Origin: an uncultured virus (IMG/VR IMGVR_UViG_3300027659_000028) | Taxonomy: Duplodnaviria > Heunggongvirae > Uroviricota > Caudoviricetes | DNA length: 64,000 bases | IMG/VR virus record: IMGVR_UViG_3300027659_000028 | Reading direction: 5' to 3' (one strand) | Part shown: piece after piece, positions 39,684-51,900 of the stretch | Numbering within the stretch: the stretch's first letter is position 1 | Layout: each line of letters opens with the position of its first letter | Notes under the pieces: generated by a model | The model's database searches: none | Told to the model about the DNA's origin: nothing | Seen by the model: the letters and a program-made list of their open reading frames with translations, nothing else | Made by a program: the position numbers and the translations under genes

Positions 39684-41537
39684 ATGAACCAACGCGACCA
39701 ACAATTCTTTGACCTTCAAGCCATCCGCGACGCCCTTTCCGGGCGCATCGACGAATTCTGCCTCAACCTGTTTCCGGAAGCCAAGCGCGAGAGCGCCTGC
39801 TACATGATCGGCGGCATCGACGGCAGCAAGGGACGCCGGATGATGGTGAGCACCCGCGCCAACAACCCCGGCTACTACCTCGACTTCTCCGACCCCTCGA
39901 TCAAGGGCGGACCTTGGCGGCTGGTCTCGCTGGTCAAGGGCATCACCCTCAAAGAAGGAATTGCTTGGTTAGCCAAGTTCTGCAACGTGCCTCCCATCCA
40001 AAGCTTCGGCACCATCAGCCAAGCTAAAGACCCCGAGGCTCTGGCCCGGACGATGAAGCCGCTGTCAACCACATCCATCGAGTTTGCCGCAGCTCGCGGA
40101 ATCACCGAAGAAACTCTGCGCAAATATGGCGTCGCCACCGATGTCCGCGACGGGATTTTGTTTCCCTACTACGACGCGTTCGGCAACTTGGGAATGACCA
40201 AGCACTGGGGTCACAAGTTGAAAGCTGACGGCAAAAAAGACACTTGGGTGAGTTCCGACCCTGTCATCTCCATTTTCGGCAAGGATGTCTGCGACCCCGA
40301 GACCGGTCTTCAACGACTCGTCATCTGCGAAGGCGAGTGGGACGCAATGGCGTGTTGGCAGGCTGGCATTCCCGCAGTGTCCATTCCGATGGGCGCGTCC
40401 AACATGAACTGGATTACGGAAGACTACCAATACTTGTCCCACTTCGACGAGATCGTGTTGTTGTTCGACAACGACGAGCCCGGCAAGAAAGGAGCCCGCG
40501 AGGCTTCCGCACGACTAGGCAGCGACCGTTGCCTGACCGTCCGCCTGCCGCTCAAGGATGCCAACGACATGCTTCGCGCCGGACGCGGGGCGGAAATCCT
40601 CAAGTGCATCGAAAGCACCACGCGGGAGCCGATGGCCGAGATCGCCGACCCCCATTCGATGAAGGAGACCGTCCGGTCTTACATGAAGGGCGAGCACCTT
40701 TCGGACGGCGACGCGTTCTTCCTGCCCAACTTCGACCTCACGTTCCGCAAGCACGAGATGACGCTGTGGTTCGGGTTCTCGTCTCACGGAAAGTCACAAG
40801 CCGTTCAGAACCAAGTGGCGTCGTTGATGGGTCAAGGCAAAGTGACCTGCGTCGCCTCGTTCGAGCAGCCACCAGAAATGACCCTGTCCCAAATCCTCCT
40901 CAACTTCACCGCCTATCCCAACCTGCCGTTCCACGAGGAGTTTGACCCTGCCTACGCTTACATGGCCAAGAACGTGTTCATGTATAAGGCGCGGAAACGG
41001 GCCGACCCGAAGCACCTCATCCAAACCTTCATCCACGCCCACAAACGCTACGGCATTGACACCTTCGTCATCGACAACGTCATGACCATGGACATTGACC
41101 GTGGCGACAACACCGCGCAGGCCGAAGCGGCCGATTTAGTGCGTGTCTTCGTGGCTGAATACCCGGTCCACGTCCACGTCGTCGCCCACCCCCGCAAGCC
41201 CCCGGAAAACACCGGCAAAGTTCCGGGCATGGCGGAGATCCGTGGCGCGTCCGAATGGGGCGACATCCCGAACAACGTCATCGCCATCTGGCGTGACATG
41301 CCAAAGGCAGAAAAGATTGCGGAAATGGAAGACCAAGGGTCGGAGCAGTCGGAGATCGACCAGTTCTGGGCGTCCACCCCGTGCGGCAAGATTGTGGTCA
41401 GGAAACAACGGGCAACCGGCAACCTGCCGATGGCGTCGTTCTACTTCCACAAGCCCACCATGCGCTTCATGAACCGGATCGGCAAGCCGTCGGCGATGTT
41501 CAGCGAGCAGCCGTGGATTTCACCGGAAACCAAATGA
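39684..41537 (+). CDS. DNA primase-helicase (T7 gp4/Twinkle-like)
   Basis: TOPRIM EGEWDA and FDND; SF4 helicase GFSSHGKS, VIDN, VAHPRK, IRGASE. Confidence 0.92.
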   Translation: MNQRDQQFFDLQAIRDALSGRIDEFCLNLFPEAKRESACYMIGGIDGSKGRRMMVSTRANNPGYYLDFSDPSIKGGPWRLVSLVKGITLKEGIAWLAKFCNVPPIQSFGTISQAKDPEALARTMKPLSTTSIEFAAARGITEETLRKYGVATDVRDGILFPYYDAFGNLGMTKHWGHKLKADGKKDTWVSSDPVISIFGKDVCDPETGLQRLVICEGEWDAMACWQAGIPAVSIPMGASNMNWITEDYQYLSHFDEIVLLFDNDEPGKKGAREASARLGSDRCLTVRLPLKDANDMLRAGRGAEILKCIESTTREPMAEIADPHSMKETVRSYMKGEHLSDGDAFFLPNFDLTFRKHEMTLWFGFSSHGKSQAVQNQVASLMGQGKVTCVASFEQPPEMTLSQILLNFTAYPNLPFHEEFDPAYAYMAKNVFMYKARKRADPKHLIQTFIHAHKRYGIDTFVIDNVMTMDIDRGDNTAQAEAADLVRVFVAEYPVHVHVVAHPRKPPENTGKVPGMAEIRGASEWGDIPNNVIAIWRDMPKAEKIAEMEDQGSEQSEIDQFWASTPCGKIVVRKQRATGNLPMASFYFHKPTMRFMNRIGKPSAMFSEQPWISPETK

Positions 41538-41781
41538 CCCCCATCGACCAAACCCGCGAGCTTCTCCAAGATTTGAACCACCAGTTTCCCAACGGGGTCA
41601 CCACCATCAGTCCATGCCGCAACGGCTGCGGCGAACCGGCGCGTGGCGGAAAAGAGTGTCCGGACTGCCTGACCCTTCGTCTTGGGAAGTTGGTTGGAGA
41701 AGACCTCGCCCGCCGCCACCTCGTGGCAATGAAAGTTTACAAGTCGCTCCACAACAAGATCATTTCAATCGCACAAACCAA

Positions 41782-41994
41782 ATGAACAACCCGCTCAGCA
41801 CTCAAGTCGACGGCAACCATTACAAAGACCACGTCATCCAGCCGGTGGAATACTGCCAGAAAAACCAACTGAATTTCTGTGAATCATCAGTCATCAAATA
41901 CGTCACCCGACACCGCGAAAAAAACGGACGCAAAGACATTGAAAAAGCCATCCACTTCCTCCAACTCCTCATCCAACTCGAATACGAACCATGA
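41782..41994 (+). CDS. DUF3310-family protein
   Basis: QVDGNHY...IQPVEY...VIKYVTR...KNG..DIEKAIHFL. Confidence 0.9.
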   Translation: MNNPLSTQVDGNHYKDHVIQPVEYCQKNQLNFCESSVIKYVTRHREKNGRKDIEKAIHFLQLLIQLEYEP

Positions 41995-42485
41995 AATCCA
42001 AGACACACCACATGGCGGAAGCCATCACCGCAGCCCTCGGCCCCATCTTTCACGCCAATCCGGACTACAAAACCATCACTGAAGCCATTGCGCTGACCGT
42101 AGCGCGTGTCGCCCAGTCCACCCCGGACAAAGGCAACGAGGAAGAAGAGCTTGAAATCATCATGCAAATCGCAGCCAATGCCCTCAACGTATTCCTCAAT
42201 GAAGAGCAAGCCATCCAAGAAGCCAAAGCCAAGGTCTTGGCTAAAGGAGTTGACGGATTTGCAGAGATGTGTGGACCCGTCAACGGGCTCGCCGCCATCA
42301 ACGGAGGAGTGTCTCCCGAAGCCTGCGCGAAAGCCGAAGAGTTTGCAGGACAAGACCATCCCGAAGAAAGCTGGTCGAACAGCCCCATCCACCAAGAAAT
42401 CGCCCGGTTTGAACAAGAAAATCCAAATGTCGGTCCAGACGGCGACCCCGGATACAACCCGGACGGACCAAGAGCTTATTTATGA
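41991..42485 (+). CDS. hypothetical protein
   Basis: 164 aa, ATGA-coupled. Confidence 0.6.
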   Translation: MKSKTHHMAEAITAALGPIFHANPDYKTITEAIALTVARVAQSTPDKGNEEEELEIIMQIAANALNVFLNEEQAIQEAKAKVLAKGVDGFAEMCGPVNGLAAINGGVSPEACAKAEEFAGQDHPEESWSNSPIHQEIARFEQENPNVGPDGDPGYNPDGPRAYL

Positions 42486-42873
42486 ACGCCCCAAGGCACC
42501 AAGGAAGCGTCGGAAGCCGTCGCTCGTCAGTGTGTCAAGGAAGGGTCTCCTCGTGGCCTACAGGCAGGCCGGGGAAGCAATACCGGCTGGTCCTCAATGT
42601 CCGAAGTGCGGGCTACCGGTCCATGCGGGAGAACGACACCACCCCGCAGGTCGCCGCAAAGCCGCCTTTCTCTTCACCGCCATGGTCCACAAAACCTGCC
42701 ACGACTGGATTCACGCCAACCCCAAAGACGCCGAAGCCGTCGGCCTCCTGTGGTCCGGTCGCAACTCCAAAACCCTCACCCTCGCCGCAGCAACTGAGCT
42801 GGTGGTAAGACAACGGTTTCCCGCCATGTATTCCATTGACATCCTGAAAACCTTTAGCCTGACTAAACCATGA
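42427..42873 (+). CDS. HNH-like Zn-finger protein (start uncertain)
   Basis: CPKC...ERHH..GR...CHDWIHANP. Confidence 0.6.
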   Translation: MSVQTATPDTTRTDQELIYERPKAPRKRRKPSLVSVSRKGLLVAYRQAGEAIPAGPQCPKCGLPVHAGERHHPAGRRKAAFLFTAMVHKTCHDWIHANPKDAEAVGLLWSGRNSKTLTLAAATELVVRQRFPAMYSIDILKTFSLTKP

Positions 42874-43373
42874 AAACACCTGAAGAATGGATGTCTGAAT
42901 ACGAACGCATGCAGATCAACTACTTTGAGAATTTTGACGAATTCATCGAAGCCATCCAGCAAGACGCGCTCTCGGACCCAATGGCGCAAACCCTCGACCA
43001 ACACGAGCTTGAACTGGTGAAGGACATCGCAGACAACCTCCAATACCAGCTCGAAGTCAGAACCGCAGAGCTTTGGGAGATGCGAGAGAAGTGGCTGGAG
43101 GCCCGTAAGCACCTCCGCGCCGCCAACAAAGGGGCCGAACGCAACGCCCGGGCTCTTGAAATTTCCGTTACCCGTTACTGGGACCTCATCCATCGCGACA
43201 ACCAGATTAAAGAGCGCGACGAACACAAACACAAAACAGTGGTATGGAACTGGCTGCTCATGTCAGACGATGAATACCGACTGAAGTGCGGCAAGCTGTC
43301 GTCCCAAGACCTCCGAAACATCCGAGCCGTGCTCAAAGCCATGCTCGGCACCTCTCTCATCAAACACCTGTAA
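42870..43373 (+). CDS. hypothetical coiled-coil protein
   Basis: 167 aa; palindrome 2 nt upstream. Confidence 0.6.
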   Translation: MKTPEEWMSEYERMQINYFENFDEFIEAIQQDALSDPMAQTLDQHELELVKDIADNLQYQLEVRTAELWEMREKWLEARKHLRAANKGAERNARALEISVTRYWDLIHRDNQIKERDEHKHKTVVWNWLLMSDDEYRLKCGKLSSQDLRNIRAVLKAMLGTSLIKHL

Positions 43374-43385
43374 ACCACCACAATA

Positions 43386-43814
43386 ATGCGTCCAACTTAC
43401 GAAAAGCAAAATGACCGGGTAAATCAATTCGATGTCGCCAAGTCCTACCTAAAAAAAGGATATGAGATTGAAGAGATGCCTCCGTTCTTTGGCTTTGATG
43501 TGGGTTTTTCCATGAACAAAGAATTGAAAGCTGTGGCGGAAATCAAATGCCGAACCCACAAGCACGGGACATTTCCAACCTACATGATCTCTGCGGAAAA
43601 ATACAACAAGCTCTGCGTGTTTTCCCAATACAGCAAGATCGTGACACTGTTGATCGTGAGATGGTCGTGCGGAACAATCGGGCACGTCTCCCTACCAACT
43701 GATGCCTCGTTCTTCATAGGAGGACGAAATGACCGCAACGACCCAAAAGACAAGGAGATCGTCGCTCACATCCCAATCCACAAATTCACCATCAAAAATC
43801 AATCACACCAATAA
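43386..43814 (+). CDS. PD-(D/E)XK-type nuclease-like protein
   Basis: FDV...AEIKCR motif; AT-richer. Confidence 0.6.
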   Translation: MRPTYEKQNDRVNQFDVAKSYLKKGYEIEEMPPFFGFDVGFSMNKELKAVAEIKCRTHKHGTFPTYMISAEKYNKLCVFSQYSKIVTLLIVRWSCGTIGHVSLPTDASFFIGGRNDRNDPKDKEIVAHIPIHKFTIKNQSHQ

Positions 43815-43816
43815 CC

Positions 43817-44287
43817 ATGCCATTCCAACACGCCATCGAACGTCTCGAAACCGACGAGCAAGCCATCCGGATTTTTGCCGCCATGCCGCAAGGACCTGAC
43901 AACGGAGACCAGCTTCGCCGTGCCGACGAAATCGCCAACGCAATCACCTTCCTCAAGGTGGCCAACCTCGGAGGCATGTCAGCTCTCGTCTCGCTGGTTC
44001 GCCAGTGGGGCGTTGACCGGAACATCACCGGCCCCAGCGCCAAGGCCACCGTCCACACCCAATTCGAGAAACTCCGCGAGGAGTTTCTGGAGCTTGAGGA
44101 CGCCATCTCCCGCGAGGATCAGCACGAGCTCATCGACGCGGTGGGTGATATGACGGTGGTGCTCATCTTGTTGTCTGAGCTGGCAGGAGTGAGGTTCGAG
44201 ACCTGTCTTGTCGCCGCGTTCGAAGAGATCAAAGATCGCAAAGGTTCCATGATTGATGGATGCTTCGTGAAACAACCTTTAGCCTGA
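43817..44287 (+). CDS. MazG-like nucleotide pyrophosphohydrolase
   Basis: VRQWGVDRNI...KLREEFLEL...DAVGDMTVVL...EIKDRKG...FVK. Confidence 0.85.
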   Translation: MPFQHAIERLETDEQAIRIFAAMPQGPDNGDQLRRADEIANAITFLKVANLGGMSALVSLVRQWGVDRNITGPSAKATVHTQFEKLREEFLELEDAISREDQHELIDAVGDMTVVLILLSELAGVRFETCLVAAFEEIKDRKGSMIDGCFVKQPLA

Positions 44288-44311
44288 CTAAACCAAACCA
44301 ACCAACCAAAC

Positions 44312-44827
44312 ATGAGCGCCAAGAAAACCGCCAAGAAGAAACCCGCCGCCAAGAAGGCCGCGAAGAAAGCCGCGAAAGTGATGGCCGACGTGATGGACTC
44401 CATCATCGAAACCGTCGAACCTGCTTCCATCCCCGTCCACGAAGTGTTCGAAGAAGACGACTACAACGAGTTTGCTCCCATAGCAGCCCCAAAAGGCTGG
44501 GCGTCCACTCCGGAAGAAGCGTCTTCGGATCGAGAAATGCAAGGAATCATCGCGCCGCCGGAAACGCCAAAACCTGACCCCGTAGCCACCCCCTCAACAC
44601 CTTCTGACAAGCCCGTCAAAGCACCCATCGTGAAACCAAGTCCAGAAACATCCATTGATGAGCTCACGAGCGACGCCGTAATCATCCAACGACTCATCAA
44701 CGGCATCAACCACCTGTATGGAATCGCCCGCCTGACCAAAGGAATCCGTGGACCTCAACCAGAAGCCCTCGTCCGCATCCAAAGCAACATCCTCGCCGCC
44801 AAGGACCTCATCGCCCGCTTGTCATGA
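44312..44827 (+). CDS. hypothetical protein with Lys/Ala-rich histone-like N-terminus
   Basis: MSAKKTAKKKPAAKKAAKKAAK. Confidence 0.65.
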   Translation: MSAKKTAKKKPAAKKAAKKAAKVMADVMDSIIETVEPASIPVHEVFEEDDYNEFAPIAAPKGWASTPEEASSDREMQGIIAPPETPKPDPVATPSTPSDKPVKAPIVKPSPETSIDELTSDAVIIQRLINGINHLYGIARLTKGIRGPQPEALVRIQSNILAAKDLIARLS

Positions 44828-45218
44828 CCCCAACTGAAATCTCGCTCTGCATGAGCTTCTTCTCCATCGGCGTCAGCGTCACCTTCATTGTCATGGTTTT
44901 CACCAAAATGTAATGAACCGACCCAAGCACCGCAAAAACAAACGCCTGCTCGAACTGCTGGGCTGCGACCCCCATGAGCCGGTGCCCACCTTCGAGGAAG
45001 CCCGCGACTCGGTCCCCCGGGAAAAACTCCCCGAACGAATCATCTGCCCCGCCTCCGGCAAGCACTCGTTCCCCTCCCAAAGCACCGCCCGCCAAGCCGC
45101 CACCAACCGGATGAAAAAAGGCTCGGGAACCGGCGCGGTCAGACAGTATCTCTGCCCCGACTGCTCGATGTGGCACCTCTCGTCCTCCTTCCACCGATAA
45201 CCTTTAGCCTGACTAAAC

Positions 45219-45584
45219 ATGATCAAGAAAATCACCATGTGGATGACCACCGACGGTCAGCTGCACGAAGAAAAAGACTCAGCGAAGGCGCGGCAGAAGC
45301 GTCTCGACGACGTGCGGGCCATCAACGAGAAGATCAAAGCCGGAGAGATGCTCGGGCCGTTGTTCGGCGGCTTCTTCCACGACCAATACACCATCCTTGA
45401 CAGCGTCAACACCGACACTCCCATCGTCCTGAGCCACCTGTCCCAATACCAATACCACGTCGAGGAGCTGCTCGCGGACGGACGCGTCGTCTTAAGGCTC
45501 AAGCATTACAACGAGGAGTCGGTCACTATGAGCAAGACCGAGCTCTGCTTCCGAATGAGACACCCCGCCAACCAACCGACATGA
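45219..45584 (+). CDS. hypothetical protein
   Basis: 121 aa; palindrome 1 nt upstream. Confidence 0.6.
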   Translation: MIKKITMWMTTDGQLHEEKDSAKARQKRLDDVRAINEKIKAGEMLGPLFGGFFHDQYTILDSVNTDTPIVLSHLSQYQYHVEELLADGRVVLRLKHYNEESVTMSKTELCFRMRHPANQPT

Positions 45585-45992
45585 AAACAGACTTCACCTG
45601 CACCACCCTCCACTACAAAACCGAGGATGTCGCCACCCTCAAGACCATCCTCGAATGCAACAACCGGCGGATCAGCGCCGCCCTGAGCATCGCGATCAAC
45701 ACTCTGTTCCTGAGTATCCCCAAGCAACTCAGAGCCGTCTTCATCGTCGAGAAGTGTGAGGACATTATTTCCGGCAAACCCGAACCTGAAGGGCCGGAAG
45801 TCAAGGAATTCACCTTCACCCGACATTTCACATCTTGAAAAAAGAACTACAAGAAGCTGCATTCACCCGTGAGATCGAGAAACGCATTGATCAGCTAGCA
45901 ACCGAGTTCGACCTGTCCTATTCGTTCGTCGTGGGGGCCCTCAGCCTGATCCTCCACGGGATCAAGGCTGAGTATTTTGAGGACAATGAAGA

Positions 45993-48900
45993 TTAGTAGC
46001 TTTCCCTTTTCTCTTCTTTGACCGGCTTTCTAAGAACAGATTTGAAGTGACCGCGAGCGTCTCGCATAAATGGAGCCAGCTCAGTCAGCGCATACATCGC
46101 CGAATTGCTTGCAGAGCTCATCCGGTTGCTGGCCGCTTCATCCGTCATGTTGTATTCGGCAAGAAGCTTCATCGCTGAGCTCATGTCGTAAACCGCGCTG
46201 GTCGCCGCCGTGACACCCATCGCGTTCTCGAAAGCCCCCGCTTCGTATTGACGAGCCATGACACCATCGTCGTCGAAGTAGAAACGAGACTTCTCAAGCA
46301 TCTCGTCATTTCCTGTGATTCCACGATAGCCATTCGTGACCATCGTCACAATGCTTTCCGCAGCGTCGTTGGTAATGAACTTTTCAAGCAAGTTGCTCAC
46401 CGGAGAGTAACCCGCCGCAACTCCACCGACAGGAATCATCGTCGCGCTCTCTAGCAAAGTTTTGTTGAAAATCTCGGCAAGAGCAGAAGCAAACGCTGCG
46501 TCAGGTTCCAAATCGGACCTAAACAACTCGCGTTCTTTTCCAACCGCTACAATCTTCAGGAAGTTGGCGACAGCGTTTCCATCCTCCGAAGGAGCAAGAA
46601 TGTTGTTCGCCATCTCCTGCGCGTGGATCACCGCCTCGTCCTCGTCGTCTCCCATAAAGACCCGTGCGATCACCCAAGAAACGATTGAAACTGCAACCTT
46701 CCACTTCAAGATGGGGAACAAGGCGTTCTGGACAAATGTCGCAACGACGTTCTCCAGCGCCTCTTTGTGAGTGGCTTCGTCGATCACCTCGATCTTTTTG
46801 AATCCTGCCTTGCGAAGCAGCGGGTTGATGGCTTGCGGGAATTGCACGGACATGTTGCTTGCCGTGGAAGACGTGTGGTTCGAGAACAACGTCAACGCCT
46901 TCCAAAGCGCCGAAACAAACGGGCTGTGGTCTCTGGATTGGAACATCCAAGCCTTGTTGCTGTGGTCCGACTGGCCGAACATCTCGTTCACTTTGAGACG
47001 TGAATTGACAATGTCCATGTCCTGAAGACTGACGTTTCCTTTGAACAACTCGTTCTCGTCGGTGACGTTCGTATGGTCCATCAACTCGGCAATGAACACG
47101 GACGTTGCCAAAGCTCGTTCCATCTTTCCAATCGTAAAGTCCAAAGCGTCTTCACCAACCTTTTCGTAAGTGCGGATTGCTTTGCCAAGAGTGTTTTTGA
47201 CCACCTTGCTGCCATAACGCTTTTGACCACGCGTCACATCGCGCAGCACTTCGCGCCCATCCAGCGAGCGGTAATAAACCATGACGTCGTTGTCCATGAC
47301 CAGTTGGCGGGCTTTCTCCCTGAACTTGGAGTCGGTCAAATACTTCGCCACCAGCCTGAAGTAGTTCTTCACCATCCCCGGTTTGCCCACCGCCAGCTTG
47401 CCAAGAGTGTAGCCAATGGATGGTCCTACCGATTGGTCGGTGATTTGTTGGACGGAAGCCAAGCTGCGGACGATGAACGCCGAGCTCAGGAACCTGAGCG
47501 TTTCAGATCCCCCGGTATTTACGGCTCCAGTTTGGAAGTCATTCCTAATCGCCACTTCAAGCTCGTTGGCGACAAACGCCAAGGCCGTGGTGGCTGCGAC
47601 GATGTTTTGTTTGTGCTCGTGCTCAGCCTCGCGCAACTCACGATTTGGAAGCAACGGATCTGGTTTTTGAGCTTCAAGAATGGCAAGCATCCCGCTGTCT
47701 TCAATGTTCAACTGCCCGCTGACGTCCTTTACTTTGCCAATCGAACGACGCAGCACCTCGTAAGTTGGAGTGACGTTCAGGCGGTAGATGGCGTCGTCAA
47801 CCAGCGACTGCGGAGCGGACAAGCCGTTCACCGAAATCGGACGGAACACGCTCTTGTCGTCAAACAACCGGGAAGAATGACCAATCCCACCGAAAAACGA
47901 CGCCTCGTCAAACGAGACAATGTCCATCGGGTCGGAAACGTATTCGCCTTGGCGGATGTCTTCCTTGCCAGCCGGGTTGCCCGCGTAGGCAATGCTCATC
48001 GGGACCGACGAGTAGGTGGTCTTGTAAGCGTTGAGCTTCTTGTCCCGCCACTTGCTGCTGGTGGCAAAGTCGTCAGCGCTCTCCGGCTTGGAAAGCATTG
48101 CCTGCGTGAAGTGCATGGCGCTGTCGATGTCTCCAAGGACGTCACCAATGGTCTTGGCGTAGTGATCAACCGCTGCTTCCTTGCCGCTTGAGACATTCTT
48201 TCTCAGCGTCGCCTTGATCTTCTCAACCTCAGCGCGAGCCTCAACATCATCGGTGAAAGTGGCGTTGACTTTCGCGGAAGTGAGGATGGAGCGCATCTTT
48301 TCCGTCAACTCCCGGTCGCGGATCAAATCAAGATGCCCTGCATTCCAGTAGCGTGAAATGTCGTTCTTGCCGTAGTAGTCGTCTTGCGCTTGGGCAAACT
48401 CATCGTATTGAGCAAAGCCGGTCTTGGCCTGCTTAATCCACTCGTTAAACGCCTTCGCGTAAGTGAGACCGTGTGCGTTGACCAGCCCGTCTAGAAGCGC
48501 GATGAAGTAGCCAATCGACTGGTCCTGCGCGTTGTGACCCACCTGCTTGGCCGCTTGGGCAATTTCCTCCTGTGCCACCTTCTTGCTTCGCTCGTAACCG
48601 TGACGACCGCTTTTGCCGTCAATCCCACGGTCAAGAAGCGTCCGCAAGTGAATCGCCGCCTGACGCCCAGCACGAGTCTTTTGGAAGCGCTTCTTCATCC
48701 GTGCGTCGTGGTGATCCAAATACTCCATGAAGAACAAAGACGTCTTGGAGTTGTGGATGGTCATTGAGGTGGTGAGACGCTGAAGGATCAGGTCCGTCTC
48801 CACCTCCATGAACACCTTCGAGAAAATCTCCTCGGTCTTGAACCCAATCATGTTGTCCACATCCCATCCGGCTCCCCACTGCTTGGCCGCAGCAATATTG

Positions 48901-51900
48901 GTAAACGAACGACCGTCATTCTCGCTGATGCTTTCAAGGAACGCCTTTACGGCCTTCTTCGTGTCATCGCTCAACACTCCGGCGGAGTCGTTGTAGGCCA
49001 TGACAATCCCTTCGATCTTGTGGATGGCACCGGCAAGAGCCGCTTGGGAGACGCGGCGAGACATATCCACCTTCTTCGTCCCGTCCGCTTTCATGTCGTT
49101 GCGGATGCCGTCGAGAAACACCTGCATCTTGCGGGTGAACTCATTGGAGAATGTCTTGGCAGCTTGATCCTTGGTCAGCGTCTTGCCTTTAGTCAGGCTA
49201 AACTCGTCCGAATTGAAACTCTCGCCCTTGATCCCATCCATGGTGTCCATGAAGTAGGAATGGTCGTCGGCTGCAATAGCCAGAGCGTGCGAAGCTATGT
49301 GCCCTAAAACCGTGTTGGAATTGCGCTTGGTCACCCTACTAGGGAAAGACCTCATAAGCTGCTCACGGGCCGTTGTGGCCACCATGATGACGTCCTGCCC
49401 TTCCTGACTGAACAACGAGCCAATCTTCTCCGACCGCTCCTTCATGCTCTTGGGCATGTTGAGGATGGTGAGACGGGTTTGCTGGTTGGGGGTGAGCAGT
49501 TGGAACTCAGCGCTCGCAGGGTCCACCAGCATCGCAACGTGCTCCGCTTCAAGACCGCGCATCATCGCTTGCTCCGCATCCGACCTCGCTTGTCCCATGT
49601 TGTCCCTCAAAACCACCTCCTCCACCTCGGTCATTTTGATCGCTTGGCGAATCACCTTGAGTGGGTTGAAGTTTTGGAAGTTGTCTTGGGTGTTGCGGGC
49701 GATCTTGTAGTTGTCGTCGATGTGGTCTTTGGAAAGGTTGGTCAACGCGTTGAGGACCGCCGTCTCCTTGATGTAGTGCTCTTTTCTACGAGCCTTGATC
49801 TCCGCGTCGGCCATCGACTCATCCGAAGATAGGTCATTCCATTTCGTCTTGTCACCACCTACGGTGTTGGTTCCGTCAGCGTTCTTGCTCTCCGTAAATT
49901 CAGGCGTGAGGAAGAGATGGAAGCCAATGGTGCGTGAAACAGGCTCAACCCCCTCCGACACCAACACATCCCCCTTTGTCACCCGACCCACACCAATGTC
50001 CCCCTTGAAGAACGACTGCCCGACGTAGGAGCCACCGGTGTAGTTCTCAACCTTGGAAAGTTCTGCGTTCACCGCACGGAGGTCTTTCTCCACCCGTGCG
50101 ATTTGACGGTCCAAGACGCGAAGCTTTCCAGCCAAGACCACCGACTCCGCCTTGGCGAGTTCGGCGTTCTCCCTGCTCATCGCGTTGCTCATCACATCCA
50201 CGCTGAGCTTCTTGCCGTTGCGCTTGCCGTTCTTGTCGGGAAGAGCGCTCTCGGTTCCGGCCCAATACTTCCTGACGTTCTCGGCGTTGAGGACAACAGC
50301 CTCGGCACGGGTTGTCTTTAGCCCGGCTAAAACCTCCTCGAAGCGGGCCTTGTTGTCTTCATGGCTCTTCACCAAAGCGCGGGCTTCACGCTCGGCAATC
50401 TCCATGGCGTTGCGCGGAAGCGCCACCTTCAGGTCGGCGATCAACTGGTCATTGACCACCACGTCCAATTCCTGATGACCAAACTTCATGTCTGCCATCG
50501 AATCGTTCGGCTGGTTGTGAGTCTTGTTCTCAGCCGCCTTGGCAAGCAACGCGTTCTTGATCGACAGCGTCATTTGCTCTTCAACCATCGCCTCAACACT
50601 TCCCGTGTTGTAGAGAAGTCCGGCGTTGATCCGCTTGATCCGTGTCCCGTAAAACCCGGAGGTCAGACGCGTGCGCCCGTTCGCGTTCGGCATGGTCAGC
50701 GTCAGAGCCGATCCGACGTAGATGCGTGCCACCTTTTGCATCCGGGTCAATTCCTTGGCCGGGCCAGTCGACTTGTCCTCCTTGGAGTTGGTCTTAATGA
50801 CAGGACTGGAAAGCATTTGAAGCTCCTTGTTGTTTTTGTCAGTGTAAACCCGCTTCCCTTGGTCCCTTAAAATCTCATTCGTGCTGCGACCTTTGCCGTC
50901 AGCGCGGGTGCGGAGCTCATCCAAGAACGCGTCGCTCTCCACTCCGTTGAATTGTTTGCCAGCAAGGACGATGGAAGCAAGGGCGTTGTAGAGGAGGTTG
51001 TCGCTCCTGTCGTTCTGGCTGAAGTCGGCTTGAGACATGACGGTCCGGGCCTTGTTCTCTTCCTCTCCAATCTCATTCATTTCCCGTTGGAATTCATCCA
51101 GCTCGGTATTATCGAACAATCCTGAAAGCTCATCATTCCTTTCCGTGGCATCATCAATCTCGATCATTGCGTCCGGGCTGGACGTGCTCGCATTTTCCTC
51201 GTCCATTTCATCCTCTTCAGAATCGACAGGTTCCTCTTCAACCTCGTAAATAGAGTTTTCGGTTTCATCACCAAAGCGGCCCGGATCATCCAGCTTGCTT
51301 TGACGGATCGACCAGATGGCTTTCATCAGGTCGTCCTGAATCTGGACTGGAAGCGTGGTTTCCAGCTTATCCTCCCTCGTCTTGAACGACTCGTCCAAGA
51401 ACGTCTTGGCTTTGTCATCTGTAAGGAACGCGGAGATGGTGATGATGGCGTCCGCCGTGGCAGGCTCAATGTCAGGAAAAGACAGGCTTCTTGAGACAAT
51501 GTCAAAGTCGGCGCGAATCGCCGCCATCCTGTCCAAAGCATCCAAGACTTGCGACTTGTTTGCGACAAACGTCCGTTTGCCCGGCTGTGAGCGGCGTGTG
51601 ATCACACGACCCTCAACCACTGCCACCGGCTTTAGCTCAGTATCAATCTTTAAGGCCAGTTCAATCAACGTCGTCTTCACCGAGGGGTCGTTCTCCGCCG
51701 AGATGGAAAGCAGCTGGGAAATGACACTACGGGCTTTGTCTTTGGAGACATAGGGTCCGTTCTGGTTCAACGGAAGAATGACAACGTTTGGCGTGGCGGG
51801 TGTCTTGGCCTTCTTGTCAGCGGGTTTGCCTTTGAAGATTTGAACGCCCAAACTCTGCAGTCCATTGCGGTTGGCGACGTCCGACTGGATGTGGGCGACA

